NCBI GenBank assembly: GCA_965113315.1
Contig: OZ220365.1
Strand: one strand, 5' to 3'
Source of the DNA: Podarcis vaucheri
Taxonomy: Eukaryota
DNA: 64,000 nucleotides
The notes beneath the pieces are model-generated. The model made no database searches, was not told the DNA's origin, and saw only the letters and a list, made by a program, of their open reading frames with translations. Numbering within the stretch: position 1 is the first letter of the stretch; each line of letters starts with the position of its first letter. Positions 1 to 12,351 of this stretch are shown here, one piece after another. Made by a program: the position numbers and the translations under genes.

Positions 1-777
1 CTCAGATATGCAGATGACACAACCTTGATGGCAGAAAGTGAAGAGGAATTAAAGAACCTTTTAGTGAGGGTGAAAGAGGAGAGCGCAAAATATGGTCTGA
101 AGCTCAACATCAAAAAAACGAAGATCATGGCCACTGGGCCCATCACCTCCTGGCAAATAGATGGGGAAGAAATGGAGGCAGTGAGAGATTTTACTTTCTT
201 GGGCCCCATGATCAGTGCAGATGGTGACAGCAGTCACGAAATTAAAAGACGCCTGCTCCTTGGGAGAAAGGCGATGGCAAGCCTAGACAACATCTTAAAA
301 AGCAGAGACATCACCTTGCCAACAAAGGTCCGTATAGTAAAAGCCATGGTTTTCCCAGTAGTGATGTATGGAAGTGAGAGCTGGACCATAAAGAAGGCTG
401 ATCGCCGAAGAATTGATGCTTTTGAATTATGGTGCTGGAGGAGACTCTTGAGAGTCCCATGGACTGCAAGAAGATCAAACCTCTCCATTCTGAAGGAAAT
501 CAGCCCTGAGTGCTCACTGGAAGGACAGATCGTGAAGCTGAGGCTCCAATACTTTGGCCACCTCATGAGAAGAGAGGACTCCCTGGAAAAGACCCTGATG
601 TTGGGAAAGATGGAGGGCACAAGGAGAAGGGGACGACAGAGAATGAGATGGTTGGATGGTGTTCTTGAAGCTACTAGCATGAGTTTGATCAAACTGCGGG
701 AGGCAGTGGAGGACAGAAGTGCCTGGCGTGCTCTGGTCCATGGGGTCACGAAGAGTCGGACACGACTAAATGACTAA
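1..777 (+). CDS. Bov-B reverse transcriptase, C-terminal part (5'-partial, uninterrupted)
   Basis: ORF 25..777 extends in frame to base 1 and includes YADD; no stops or frameshifts in 259 codons. Confidence 0.8.
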   Translation, partial: LRYADDTTLMAESEEELKNLLVRVKEESAKYGLKLNIKKTKIMATGPITSWQIDGEEMEAVRDFTFLGPMISADGDSSHEIKRRLLLGRKAMASLDNILKSRDITLPTKVRIVKAMVFPVVMYGSESWTIKKADRRRIDAFELWCWRRLLRVPWTARRSNLSILKEISPECSLEGQIVKLRLQYFGHLMRREDSLEKTLMLGKMEGTRRRGRQRMRWLDGVLEATSMSLIKLREAVEDRSAWRALVHGVTKSRTRLND

Positions 778-792
778 ACAACAACAACAACA
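1..792 (+). mobile_element. RTE-clade Bov-B LINE, 3' part (runs off the left edge)
   Basis: Frame open from base 1 (LRYADDTTLM, the RT YADD motif) to the stop at 777. Bov-B C-terminal motifs (VVMYGSESWT, RRIDAFELWCWRRLLRVPW, YFGHLMRRE, GRQRMRWLD) and a (CAA)n tail at about 777-792. Confidence 0.95.
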
Positions 793-802
793 ATATATAT
801 AT

Positions 803-939
803 TCCGTATAGTTAAAGTCATGGTTTTCCCAGTAGTGATGTATGGAAGTGAGAGCTGGACCATAAAGAAGGCTGATCTCCTGGCGTGCTCTGGTCCATGG
901 GGTCACGAGGAGTCGGACACGACTAAACGACTAAACAAC

Positions 940-940
<1 letters not shown>
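803..940 (+). mobile_element. Short internally deleted Bov-B fragment
   Basis: Matches about 330-403 of the copy above, joined directly to about 722-780 (GCTGATCT|CCTGGCGTG); ends ACTAAACAAC; ATATATAT on both sides. Confidence 0.85.
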
Positions 941-971
<31 letters not shown>

Positions 972-974
972 ATA

Positions 975-1209
975 CAGTGGTACCTCGGGTTACATACACT
1001 TCAGGTTACATACGCTTCAGGTTACAGACTCCGCTAACCCAGAAATAGTGCTTCAGGTTAAGAACTTTGCTTCAGGATGAGAACAGAAATCGCGCCGTGG
1101 CGCCGCGGCAGCAGGAGGCCCCATTAGCTAAAGTGGTGCTTCAGGTTAAGAACAGTTTCAGGTTAAGTACGGACCTCCGGAATGAATTAAGTACTTAACC
1201 CGAGGTACC

Positions 1210-1213
<4 letters not shown>
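975..1213. mobile_element. Tigger/pogo-type (Tc1-mariner) MITE, family A, inside a (TG)n microsatellite
   Basis: TIR CAGTGGTACCTCGGGTTA...TAACCCGAGGTACCACTG, TA on the left, subterminal TTCAGGTTA repeats; (TG)n on both flanks. Confidence 0.9.
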
Positions 1214-1252
<39 letters not shown>

Positions 1253-1365
1253 AGTTCAAAAGCCAGTGCAAAGATTAATTCTAGCCAGTATGTATTGCTT
1301 ATCATCTTCCTAAACTGTAATTCAACATGCTTATTCTGCAGTGCTATTTTTCTAGAAGAACTCAC

Positions 1366-1386
1366 CATGAACATCTCCCTTGTTCT
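1366..1386 (-). CDS. Candidate 21-nt phase-1 micro-exon (ENKGDVH) of the unknown acidic gene
   Basis: Minus strand ccattttaag|AGAACAAGGGAGATGTTCATG|gtgagt; symmetric phase 1; resembles ENKGEEK of the 55678 exon. Short enough to be chance. Confidence 0.25.
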
Positions 1387-1702
1387 CTTAAAATGGCAAT
1401 GGCATACACCTGAGAGGTGCTGGAACTGAGTTCCGGTGAGTTCCAGCTTTAAAAAAGTCATCATTCTTAATTGCTTACATTGCTTTTGCTGGAGTTTTGT
1501 TGGTCTAATACACACACACACATGTTGTGAACCTCCCTGTGATCTTCAGATGCAGGATGGTATACAAATAAATAAAACATACACATCTAGGGGGTTGCCA
1601 AGCTTTTGGGGCCGGTGGGCATGTCAACTGAGGAAACAGACACAGGCACAACACACAACACAACCTATTCTGTTGGCAACAATAGAATGCTTCTTTCAAG
1701 AA

Positions 1703-2344
1703 TAAACTGAGCAAGAAGCAGGTGGAAGTCTGTCCCCCGACCTCTTCTGAAGACTGGGGGGGGGGGGACAAGGGCTTTTCTTCCCACTGCCAGCCTTCAG
1801 AAGGCTGTTCTGAAGGCTGGCGGTGGGAAGAAAAGCCCTTCTCCCCACCTCCCGCCCCGCAAGCTCCGGGGACAGGAGCGCTTTGCTGCCGCCCGCCAGC
1901 ATTTTTAAAGCCTCCGCTGTCCCGGGGCAATTTTAAAATGCTGGCGGGCGGCAGCGAAGCCTCCGCTGTCCCAGGGAGATTTTAAAATGCTGGGGGTCAG
2001 CAGCGAAGGCTTCGCTGCCGCCCGCCAGCATTTTAAGATCGCCGGGACAGTGGAGAAGTCTCCGCTGTCCCGGGAAGGCAGGCGGGGGGGAGCAAAGACT
2101 TTTGCCCCCCGCTGGCCTTCAGAAGAGGTCCAGGACCTCTTCTGAAGGCCGGCGGTGGGCGAAAGTCTTTGCTCCCGAACCGCCAGCATTTTAAAAGAGG
2201 TCCCCGGAGATTTCCCTATGGGCTTTCTTCTTGCGAAGCAAGCCCATAGGGAAATTCGTCTTGCGGAACGACTCAAAAACGGAAAACTCTTTCGTCTTGC
2301 GAGTTTTTCGTTTTGCGAGGCGTTCGTCTTGCGAGGCACCACTG
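1703..2344. mobile_element. Tigger-like non-autonomous DNA transposon (family B), left end missing, GC-rich hairpin interior
   Basis: Right TIR TTCGTCTTGCGAGGCACCACTG followed by TA; same end family as the intact copy at 20455-20777; internal palindromic modules. Confidence 0.8.
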
Positions 2345-2921
2345 TATACAGTAATATATAGAAAGATGATCACTCATTTTCATGGGTAGAATATTATAAA
2401 GATCAGACACAGTAGTGGCATATCTGCTGTAGCAGAATCTTTCTCTGCCCACTCCTTTTGCATGTGAAGTGATGTCATGGCCAATTCAGAAAAAGCATTA
2501 TTTTCCTTCATCACATAGATAAATGGAAGGTGAATCTGGCATGACTCTGAAACAACTAGCAGCTGTGTCTGAAATAGTGGCAGCTCTTCTTTTTTTTCTT
2601 CAATTCTCTGCAAACATGAAAATGGTTGCAGCTGTAAAGTTTGGTTCACACCAGTTATTTACTCAGATTCTCATATAATGGAGTTCTGTTGCCCATACAT
2701 ATCTTCAGCCCTTGACAGCTGGGACTGAATGTGTGATTGGCACATATACAATCTCCTGAATTTTAGAATTCTGGAATGTAAGTGTGATTCGTGCTCTTTT
2801 TCTTTTGTTTTTCTTGGCTTCTACAGGCCCAAAACTTGCAGAAAGACTATACATGAATCATACATGAGCCAGCTAATGAAAAGAAAAAATGACGACAGAA
2901 TAGAAAAGTGAATTGACTTAC

Positions 2922-2990
2922 CTACAAATTAATTGTCTGTCTGGGATTCTGTAGGTTCATCTATGTCTTCAGCTTGACTTTTCATTTCAA
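2922..2990 (-). CDS. Candidate 69-nt phase-1 acidic exon with in-frame TAA near the donor (VEMKSQAEDIDEPTESQTDN*)
   Basis: ctatttaatttgtag| acceptor, TAG|gtaagt donor, length divisible by 3, acidic composition like the 55-57 kb exons. Confidence 0.4.
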
Positions 2991-3704
2991 CTACAAATTA
3001 AATAGTAGTAAGATTATACTTCGGCACATTTTTAATAGCACTAGTAACTGAACTATATCCTTATTTTCAGAGCAATCCATTGCATAAGTACATTTCCAAA
3101 CATCAATATGTAATACAAATTCATCTGAACTGCTAGCACTTCTATGAGAAGTTCCACACCTCAAAGCCCAATTCACTTTCTTTAAATAGGAATGTTGCTA
3201 TAATTGCTGTGAATCTGGCACCCTCCAACCCCCAATTTGAAATACCACCTTTGATATTACCACTAATGTTATTTGGTGCAATTTTTACATGAAGAATATT
3301 CAGATGTTGCAATGTTTTCGTTTCCAATCTCACAAGATTGGGAAAATCCAATAGCTGCATCACAGCAGGACCTGATAGGCAAAACAGTATTTATCAAGCA
3401 CTACAGTCAAATGCTATATAATGCAGGTCCAGGCAGCAAGTATGCTTCTCACTTTATTTCCTTTATTCTTCATGAGCTCCTTCATCGTCTGACTACTGAA
3501 GAAATGCTCTGAGACAGAGGCCACACAGGGATGATTCTCTGAGCTGCTACTCTATGCAGAAGAATTTGCACAGGCACCCAAGACATGCTGTTGTTATGAT
3601 TTTTCCTTACTCCATTAATATCTCACAATGGGTTACAGCAATTTTAATACAATTAAAATAGAATTTTAAAAACAAATTACAGTCACAAGAATAGCTCCTA
3701 TATA

Positions 3705-5281
3705 CCGTATTTTTCTGTTTATAAGACAGAATTTTTGGGACTCAAAATTAAGAAAATGTACTATGCACTATCCAGCTGAACTATTAAAAATTTTAAAAGA
3801 TGATGCTGTTAAGGTGCTACACTCAATATGCCAGCAAGTTTGGAAAACTCAGCAGTGGCCAAAGGATTGGAGAAGATCAGTCTACATCCCAATCCCAAAG
3901 AAGGGCAGTGCCAAAGAATGCTCCAACTACCGCACAGTTGCACTCATTTCACACGCTAGTAAGGTTATGCTTAAAATTCTACAAGGCAGGCTTAAGCAGT
4001 ATGTGGACCGAGAACTCCCAGAAGTGCAAGCTGGATTTCAAAGGGGCAGAGGAACCAGAGACCAAATTGCAAACATGCGCTGGATTATGGAGAAAGCTAG
4101 AGAGTTCCAGAAAAATTCTACTTCTGTTTCATTGACTATGCAAAAGCCTTTGACTGTGTCGACCACAGCAAACTATGGCAAGTTCTTAAAGAAATGGGAG
4201 TGCCTGATCACCTCATCTGTCTCCTGAGAAATCTCTATGTGCGACAAGAAGCTACAGTTAGAATTGGATATAGAATAACTGATTGGTTCAAAATTGGGAA
4301 AGGAGTACGGCAAGGCTGTATATTGTCTCCCTGCTTATTTAATTCATCATGCGAAAGGCTGGGCTGGATGAATCCCATGCCAGAATTAAGATTGCCGGAA
4401 GAAATATCAACAACCTCAGATATGCAGATGACACAACCTTGATGGCAGAAAGTGAGAAGGAATTAAATAACCTTTTAATGAGGGTGAAAAAGGAGAGCGC
4501 AAAATATGGTCTGAAGCTCAATATCAAAAAAACGAAGATCACGGCCACTGGGCCCATCACCTCCTGGCAAATAGAAGGGGAAGAAATGGAGGCAGTGAGA
4601 GATTTTACTTTCTTGGGCTCCATGATCGCTGCAGATGGTGACAGCAGTCACGAAATTAAAAGACGCCTGCTTCTTGGGAGAAAAGCAATGACAAACCTAG
4701 ACAACATCTTAAAAAGCAGAGACATCACCTTGACGACAAAGGTCCGTATAGCTAAAGCTATGGTTTTCCCAGTAGTGATGTGTGGAAGTGAGAGCTGGAG
4801 CATAAAGAAGGCTGACTGCCGAAGAATTGATTCTTTGAATTATGGTGCTGAAGGAAACTGAGAGTCCCATGAACTGCAAAAAGATCAAACCTATCCATTC
4901 TGAAGGAAATCAGCCCTGAGTGCTCACTGGAAGGACGAACCTGAAGCTGAGGCTCCAAGACTTTGGCCACCTCATGAGAAGAGAAGACTCCCTGGAAAAG
5001 ACCCTGATGTTGGGAAAGATGGAGGGCACAAGGAGAAGGGGATGACAGAGGACGAGATGGTTGGACAGTGTTCTCGAAGCTACCAGCATGAGTTTGACCA
5101 AACTGCGGGAGGCAGTGGAAGACAGGAGTGCCTGGCGTGCTCTGGTCCATGGGGTCACAAAGAGTCGGATACAACTAAGCAACTAAACAACAACTATGCA
5201 CTATCCGTGTATAAGACAACCCTTCATTTTAAACTTCAAAAAATTAGGAAAAAATATAGTCTTATACACAGAAAACTACGG
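3705..5281. mobile_element. Mariner/Tigger-type MITE (CCGTATTTT ends) split by a Bov-B insertion
   Basis: TA|CCGTATTTTTCTGTTTATAAGAC ... GTCTTATACACAGAAAACTACGG|TA inverted termini. Confidence 0.8.
3774..5192 (+). mobile_element. 5'-truncated Bov-B LINE with frameshifted RT (inactive)
   Basis: RT motifs split across frames (YIPIPKKG, NYRTVALISH, QAGFQRGRGTRD, GVRQGCILSPCLFN, YADD); (CAA)n tail; 14-bp TSD ACTATGCACTATCC at 3760-3773 and 5193-5206. Confidence 0.95.
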
Positions 5282-5299
5282 TATATATCATTCATGGGC

Positions 5300-5770
5300 C
5301 AGGGAAAGAGGTGTATCTCCAACATACAGGAGAAACTACAGAATGGAGGTGCTGGATGCACCTCAGTGGAGAGGGAGTTTCACAACTTAGGAGGTGCCAA
5401 AGAGAATACCGTCTCCCAGTCTTCCCACCGCACCAGAGCTCCTGAGGGTGGTGGAATTGCCAAGAGGGCTCACACTGCTGATCTTAAAAGTGGAGAGGGT
5501 GTGAATGGAAATAGGCGATCTTTCAAACAATTGCAGCCTAAGCCGTTTGGGGCTTTTAAAACACTGATGTGTTTGAATTCGGCCATGCAACTCTTTGAAT
5601 TTGGAACTGGGTTTCTAAATGGAACCCCAGTCAGCAATGAAACATTTGGACCAGTTGCAAGTTTCCTTTCAAGGCCAGCCCCACGCAGAGTGCATTGCAA
5701 TAATCCGGTCTTGAAGTTCCCAGGCACGGCGGCAGCAGCTTTAAATGGTGTTGCCTGTCCACATTATTGA
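5300..5770 (-). mobile_element. Old degraded L2-like LINE 3' fragment
   Basis: Patchy similarity to the L2 copies in this window (GGGAGTTTCACAACTTAGG, GAGTGCATTGCAATAATCC); boundaries approximate. Confidence 0.5.
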
Positions 5771-8050
5771 CAGTGACCAGAAAAAATAGAGAATAGGGAG
5801 CTGGGCATTTAATTGGATTTATTCATTTAATGGGTTGATTGGTTGATGTACGATGGTGGGGAAGAATGAGTTGATTTTCTTTTGCTTCATTGCAAATCAG
5901 GTTTTGTTTTTTGAAAAGGGGAAATTTATACTTTTTAGCTCATTTTCATTTTTAATTATTTTGCTTGAATTTAGTCCTTTACTATGGATTTTCCTTGCAC
6001 TTTTTTGCAGCTGATTTTTATTTGGCAATGTTTATTTTGATACTGACAAGGATACTCTATTTTGTTTAGTTTTCTAGAACGTGGAAATTCTCTCATTTTT
6101 GTTTTGGTATTTGTTGTGTATTTAAGTTGTTTTAACCTATGTTGTAAACTGCTTTAGAGTTTTGTTTAACTACAAGCGGTATATAACTGGTCCAAACAAA
6201 AATAAATAAATAAAGAAGTTGGATGCCATACATATCCAGGCAAGGATATAAACTGGGTTTGGCCTTCAAATGAAATTTCATACGCCTTTCATACAGAAAG
6301 GTGACTATCCACTCAAATCTCTTTTCCAATGGGAACTGGAGATGTGAATCATTAGCCGGACAGGGAACTCATGGGCAAGAGAAAGTTTCTATTAAGGCAG
6401 TCTAGGAAGACATTAGTCATTTCCATCAACAATACTTATGTTTGGTCCTGTCTTATTTTCAATAGCTGGGAATGGGGATAAATCCCCTTCAGTGAGAGAC
6501 ACAGACCCAAACAAACCTGAACTAACACAACACGGCTGAAATCTGATTCTGCAGTCACACCAGTCAGTTATCTGCTTTGGTATTGTGGGCAGTTTCTACT
6601 CATATGCCAAGCAAACAGAAAGGGATTGAAATTAAAAGGAACCTGAGCTCTAACCTTTCTATAATTCAGGCTTCTTTTATATAGAATGTCCTAAACCTCA
6701 GCCCCGTCCCCATAATGCCTATTGTTGCAGTTTTGCAAAAGCAACAAATGCAGTTATTATAATACAGTTATTTGCCATTAGAAAGAATCAAAGACTGTAA
6801 ATGGACTGTAAAACGGATAAGAGAAACATATGGTCTCTGAGATTTTAGTACTTCTGAATATACTTTCACAGCCTTTCTTCTGATTTGTTCCTGCAGGATT
6901 GAATGAGACCTTTCATAAGCTTTAATAACTTGTCCCTATAAAAGTCCTGTACTAATGCTCTGGGAGAAGCTGTTTTGGTACATCCATTGCTGATATTGGG
7001 AGTTTCCCTGGAAAGCTCTTGTGTGAAAGTTGTGTGAAATTGCCTGAAAGAAATGCACACCTGAATGAAAGTTTAAAAATAAAGAAGACAAAAAAAATGT
7101 AAATATGCTGGTCATATGCTATGAAGCATGTCTGCTTCTGAGTCACTCTTGTTATATCAATACACCTGCAAAGAGTCTGTTGAATTGCTTGTTAATTGTT
7201 CATCTGTGTTCAACTTTCAAACTTGTCTGGTTGTGTGTGGCTGCAATACTAAACCTTTTACCAGTGGTGCACAGACTTTGTTCAAGGCTTAAATAATACT
7301 GCACACTCTATAGATATGTAGAAAAATAAGTGCTGCATCAACATGGTCCTCAGAGTCCAGAATAAGGCCAACTTTTCCTCCTGCCAAATGTTCCACCAAA
7401 CTTAAATCAAGGCAATGCTCACATCGAAACCTTGCTGCAGCTGCTGGCCTGATGCTTGATGTCACTGTTCTATTAAATTTCCCTTAATGATATATGCGAT
7501 TTGGATTGAACCTATTCATTCATTTTTTATTTGTTCTACAGATTTAAAGGGGGAAGGTGTGCTCTCCCAACCCTAAATCTGTGGCATAAGTTAGAATACA
7601 TGGGAGATGCAACCTCGGAGGGGAACAAATGTCTCCTTAGACACACTCAAAAGTGAAACAGGCGTCTTTATTTCTGCGTTGTTATTACAAAGAGGGCTAC
7701 TGCAGTAATCTTTCATGAAATCTCTTAGCTTTCCATAGACAGCCAATCTCAACTACGTGGAATCTTTTCAATACAAGAAAAGAACTTCTCCCGTATAAAA
7801 AGTATTATAATTAATGGGTTAATAATACTTTGAGGCTCTCTTTGAGGCCCCTTTGCAGAGCTGCCGATTCATCTTGCCTTTGCTGCCTGCCACTGTTCTA
7901 CAAAAATGGAAGCAGGGACAGAGTGGGCAGACGAATTCAGATGGCCACTTGAGCATCATGTAAAGGGGGGGAAATGCATTGCCGAAAAAAGAGGGGACAG
8001 TATGAATGCATATTTTAGAAGTAGTTGCTGTTCCTTAAATAGAAATGCAA

Positions 8051-8422
8051 GGGACACGGGTGGCGCTGTGAGTTAACCCACAGAGCCTAGGACTTGCTGA
8101 TCAGAAGGTCGGCGGTTCAAATCCCCGCCACGGGGTGAGCTCCCGTTGCTCGGTCCCTGCTCCTGCCAACCTAGCAGTTCAAAAGCACGTCAAAGTGCAA
8201 GTAGATAAATAGGTACCACTCCGGCGGGAAGGTAAACGGCATTTCCATGCGCTGCTCTGGTTCGCGAGAAGCGGCTTAGTCATGCTGGCCACATGACCCG
8301 GAAGCTGTACGCTGGCTTCCTCGGCCAATAAAGCGAGATGAGCGCTGCAGTCGGTCACGACTGGACCTAATGATCAGGGGTCCTAGGCTCTGTGGTTTAA
8401 CCCACAGTGCCACCCGTGTCCC
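8051..8422 (+). mobile_element. Sauria/Squam1 SINE whose tail is replaced by an inverted copy of a SINE head
   Basis: tRNA-like head GGGACACGGGTGGCGCTGTG with B-box GGTTCAAATCC; body to ...CAGGGGTCC, then reverse complement of the head at 8380-8422. Confidence 0.9.
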
Positions 8423-9460
8423 GTAAAATATGTTTGCGTACACCAAATGAAATAAAGCACAATAGTAATCATGTAAGTCACCATTCATGCTCAGGAGCAG
8501 CTTGAAATACAACCCCCCCATGTATTTTTTGTAATGTATTTAGATGAATCATGCTCAAAATGCAACTACTCAAATTAAATGAAAACTTAGTTATGTCTAA
8601 ACCAAAAGAAACTGGGTAAGATGAATACGTGGTTCAACATGTTGAGTTGCCATGCTTTGGATATCTGCAGCACCACGGAAAATGTGTGTGTGCTGTTAGG
8701 GCTTGAGGAGAAATATTCTTCAACTGGGATAATAGCCAAGAATAGACTGCTGGGTGTGTTTTATTCCAATATATATTTTAAGAGCTTGGAAACTACCTAT
8801 GACATGCAGCAAAAGGACAATCCACCTGTGTTTACAACAAGCATTTATAATGCACATATCTCTGTAAGACAGAACCTCAAAGTGACTAAACGGCCCAAAG
8901 GTGTTTGGAATGAGCTAACTGAAATGTATGTGTGTGAGTGAGAGAGAGAGAAGAGAGAGACTCTGTTTAGAGATATGGTTGACAGAAAGGAATGATGACA
9001 TTCTCTGAATTCAAACGCAGCTAATTTTAATCCTTATCCTCTAATAGTGGCTGACTTATTTTCAAAGCACACCAGGAGACTGTGGAGCTGGGAGGGAAGA
9101 GAGAACAAAAACACGAAATGCTTTTGTCTGCTCGTGCATATTTTCCTCTACGGCTGTGCTTCTCGGCTGTGCAATGGAGTTCTTGGCATGGGCATGTCAG
9201 AGCTACAATCCTAGGCTTGATTGGTCATGCATTAAGTCCCATTGAAATTACAGTTGCGTAACTGATGGCAGTGCAGCATTCCTTGTGGCTAGCAATTAGC
9301 GCTGCCAAGCCATTGCACAACCCAGGCTTTTAGTAGGCTACCTTTGAAGACTTGATGATATCATATTCTCCCTGCGCATCAAAGGGTGAACTGTAATGCA
9401 GCCTTCACTCGTCTGAATGTGCCATTTATCTGGCAACAGCAAAGCTATTTGGAAACTTAC

Positions 9461-9547
9461 TGTCATTACTTGAAATGTTTTCTGTATCACACGGACCTTC
9501 GGGTTGCACCGGCTCTGCAGTATGTTTCCCTTTCTCTTCTCCTGCTC
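9461..9547 (-). CDS. Candidate 87-nt phase-1 exon (GAGEEKGKHTAEPVQPEGPCDTENISSND)
   Basis: cttgtcatttctaaag| acceptor, |gtaagt donor, open symmetric phase-1 frame, acidic composition. Confidence 0.5.
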
Positions 9548-10757
9548 CTTTAGAAATGACAAGGGGGGGGGGAGACAACGTGCAGAGTATTTGATTAATG
9601 TATCATTCACAGACGGAGTGTCCATTATTTTCTAGTCATAACACAGCTTTATGAATGTTACGATAGTGGTAGCCATTCAGAGAAAGGGCAAAGGTTTCTC
9701 TGAAAAGCGATAGCGAGGGAGGCATGGCTTTTTTAAAAAAAGAATTACTTCAAAGCTGTTTCAGGATTGTGCTCTTTTGTTAAGTGGGACTGTTAAAACC
9801 TATGGTGCAGTATGGACTTTCCTCTGGGCGGCCTGACTTTCTCTTCTCTGATCCTTTCTGAAGAAAATATAGTATGGGATGGGCCCCTAATCACATATTT
9901 AAACCTTTCCTCTAAGGGATAGAGTTAAAACTGATGCTCTTGGAGAGAGCCTGCACACTGAGCACTCATACAGAGACTAGAATTTAAATTTCAGAAAACG
10001 TAGATGGCAGGCACTCAATATTTTTATTTTTTTGGCGCCTTGAGGCTGGCTGGCAAGCTCCGATTGAAACTCCCAACAATGCTAAATTTGAAACATACAG
10101 GGAAAAGGCCCTTTTCTGTTTAATACTCTGTTCTTTCAGATTTCCACCATTCGGGATTTCTGAGAGACCAACTGTTAGCTAATTTCCATGATGGCACTTC
10201 CGTATTTTGTGGCAAGTATAACGCTTGTGATGCCTACCCTGTGGCTGAGTTATAGAAATCAAGCAATTGGCTGCTAGGCAATCAGCAGAATTTGGAGAGA
10301 GGGGATGCAGGGACTGAGCATTTCAAAACGTAACACCTTAAGCACAAATCATCTATCTTTTCTACAGGTGGGACAGAAAAATTGCTCAGGGTCACTCGAC
10401 TCCATGGCAGCAAGCTTTTGTTGGTTGTTGGGATCCACCTGTCTTGAGAGACAATGGAGAGCATCTCTGGGGTAAGGACAGAGTGAAAATATATGATACA
10501 ATTCTGTCATTAAAAAAGACACCCAACCCCTTTGCTCCAAGGAACTCAGTGAAGTGCACACTGTTTTCTCATCCACCAATTCAATTTTATCTTGCTAACA
10601 ACACTGTGAAGTAGGTGAAGCCATGGGAATGATTGACCCAAGGTCACTCAGGGAACTTTTGAACTGCATAGGAATTTGAAACCAGGACTGCCTGGTCCAT
10701 ACAACATACCTTCAGAGTTAAGGCATTAGGTTTTGAGTCAGAGCAATCTCATTATTA

Positions 10758-11102
10758 AGGTAAAGGGACCCCTGACCGTTAGGTCCAGTCGTGGCCGACT
10801 GGGGTTGTGGTGCTCATCTCGCTTTATTGGCTGAGATAGCCAGCGTACAGACTCCAGGTCATGTGGCCAGGATGACTAAGGCGTTTCTGGTGAACCAGAG
10901 CAGCACACAGAAACACCATTTACCTTCCCGCTGGAGCAGTACCTATTTATCTACTTTTGACGTGCTTTTGAACTGCTAGGTTGGCAGGAGCTGGGACCGA
11001 GCAACGGGAGCTCACCCCGTCGCGGGGATTCGAACCACCGACCTTCTGATTGGCAAGTCCTAGGCTCTGTGGTTTAACCCACAGCACCACCCGTGTCCCT
11101 CT
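10758..11102 (-). mobile_element. Sauria/Squam1 SINE, full length
   Basis: (ACCTTT) tail and head on the minus strand; 13-bp TSD AATCTCATTATTA (10745-10757, 11103-11115). Confidence 0.95.
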
Positions 11103-12351
11103 AATCTCATTATTAGTAGTCTTCTAATAAATAAACTTGAGACAGCAGCAACAAAATCCTGAAATTCTATGATTTTTTAATATATTTTTTAGAAATCTTG
11201 CAGTGATTTTATTTTTGTAACATATTCCTTCCTTCATCTTGTTTTTTTATTATTATTGTTCTTCTTCTCGACCCCCTGCTAAATTGCATATAAACATCTT
11301 TGTGTTCAGACTTTCCCTGTCAGTGAACTTCTGGAATGACAACTTGGCATGCATGTTAAAATTTCAAGACTTCTCCTGAGGATTCTGTAGAGCAAAGGAG
11401 GTTTTCCCTTGGTGTTTGTTAGACACCAATGGGCCTAAACTTCCCAAGCACTTGACTCATCACTGTCGTTCACACTTGACAGATACAACTGTGTCACTCT
11501 ATTGTTGAATCATCTGTATATTTTCTAAAGGATCTGTCAAGTTCAAGCACACATTTAAAATCACCCACTGAGTTTTCATTGGTTTTTAAGATATATGTAT
11601 ATTTGTTAGTTACCTTTGTGACATAAATTCTCTAGGTGATGTGAAAACCACTGAAGTGGTTTGATTAGTATGAAACTATTAATTGGCCATGACCGAAAAT
11701 AATAAAAAATATGAAAGTGCTCAGTTTCTTTATACATTTTTAAAAGCTCAGGAAAAGAATGCTTAGAAGTGCTTTATAAAAATAACAATCTTGCAGTGGG
11801 GGGGAGCTGTCAAGTTTCAGATGTTTGCTACTGAGGCTCCCTCAAATATCTAACGTATGTATGTTTGGGATATATGATAAATATCCACACCACATCCCTG
11901 CCTGACAGCTGATGCCTCACTGTTCTGTGGCAGCTTTCTTTGAGATGCTTCCTGTTAACCAAGCAAACTTGGCATGATGTGACAGGTAAGCGCCTCCGCT
12001 CCCCAATTTCGCTCCCGTTCAGGGATATCTAGGCGTGCTGATGTTGTCAGGACTAAAGAGGCTCATGTGAAGTTCATAAGCATTGCCTCAAGATTGCCCA
12101 TTAGCTAGTCAGCATGACTGGCTTCTCTTCAACCAAATAAACTTTTCTTCTGCTTCATGCACTTGTGACCCAGGTAGCAGCAAGATGCCTGGATAGAGCC
12201 AATGGTTGTGAGGTGCGGCACATAAATGTTGTTGTTAGTGCCAGCTACCACTGGGCGAAAGGGACTGGCATAGTTCACCTATTGTGTTAATCAGCGGGCA
12301 GCATCCACTCTGTTGGCATCCTATCTTGCCTATTTTTTTGTGCTAAAAAAA

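Noticed and set aside
234-749. Long antisense ORFs over Bov-B (also 4758-5182, 37786-38178)
   Set aside because: Shadow ORFs of the LINE RT.
975-1213. Short interspersed direct repeats (TTCAGGTTA...) superficially like a CRISPR array
   Set aside because: They are subterminal repeats of a MITE present six times in the window; no unique spacers and no cas genes; eukaryotic DNA.
1261-1345. QFRKMISNTYWLELI resembling hexokinase FEKMISGMYLGE
   Set aside because: Very short match with no supporting exon structure.
5042-5770. 242-aa ORF
   Set aside because: Chance read-through across Bov-B (off-frame), MITE and antisense L2 remnants.
8051-8130. tRNA-like sequences with A/B boxes
   Set aside because: These are SINE heads continuing into the SINE body; they are not standalone tRNA genes.
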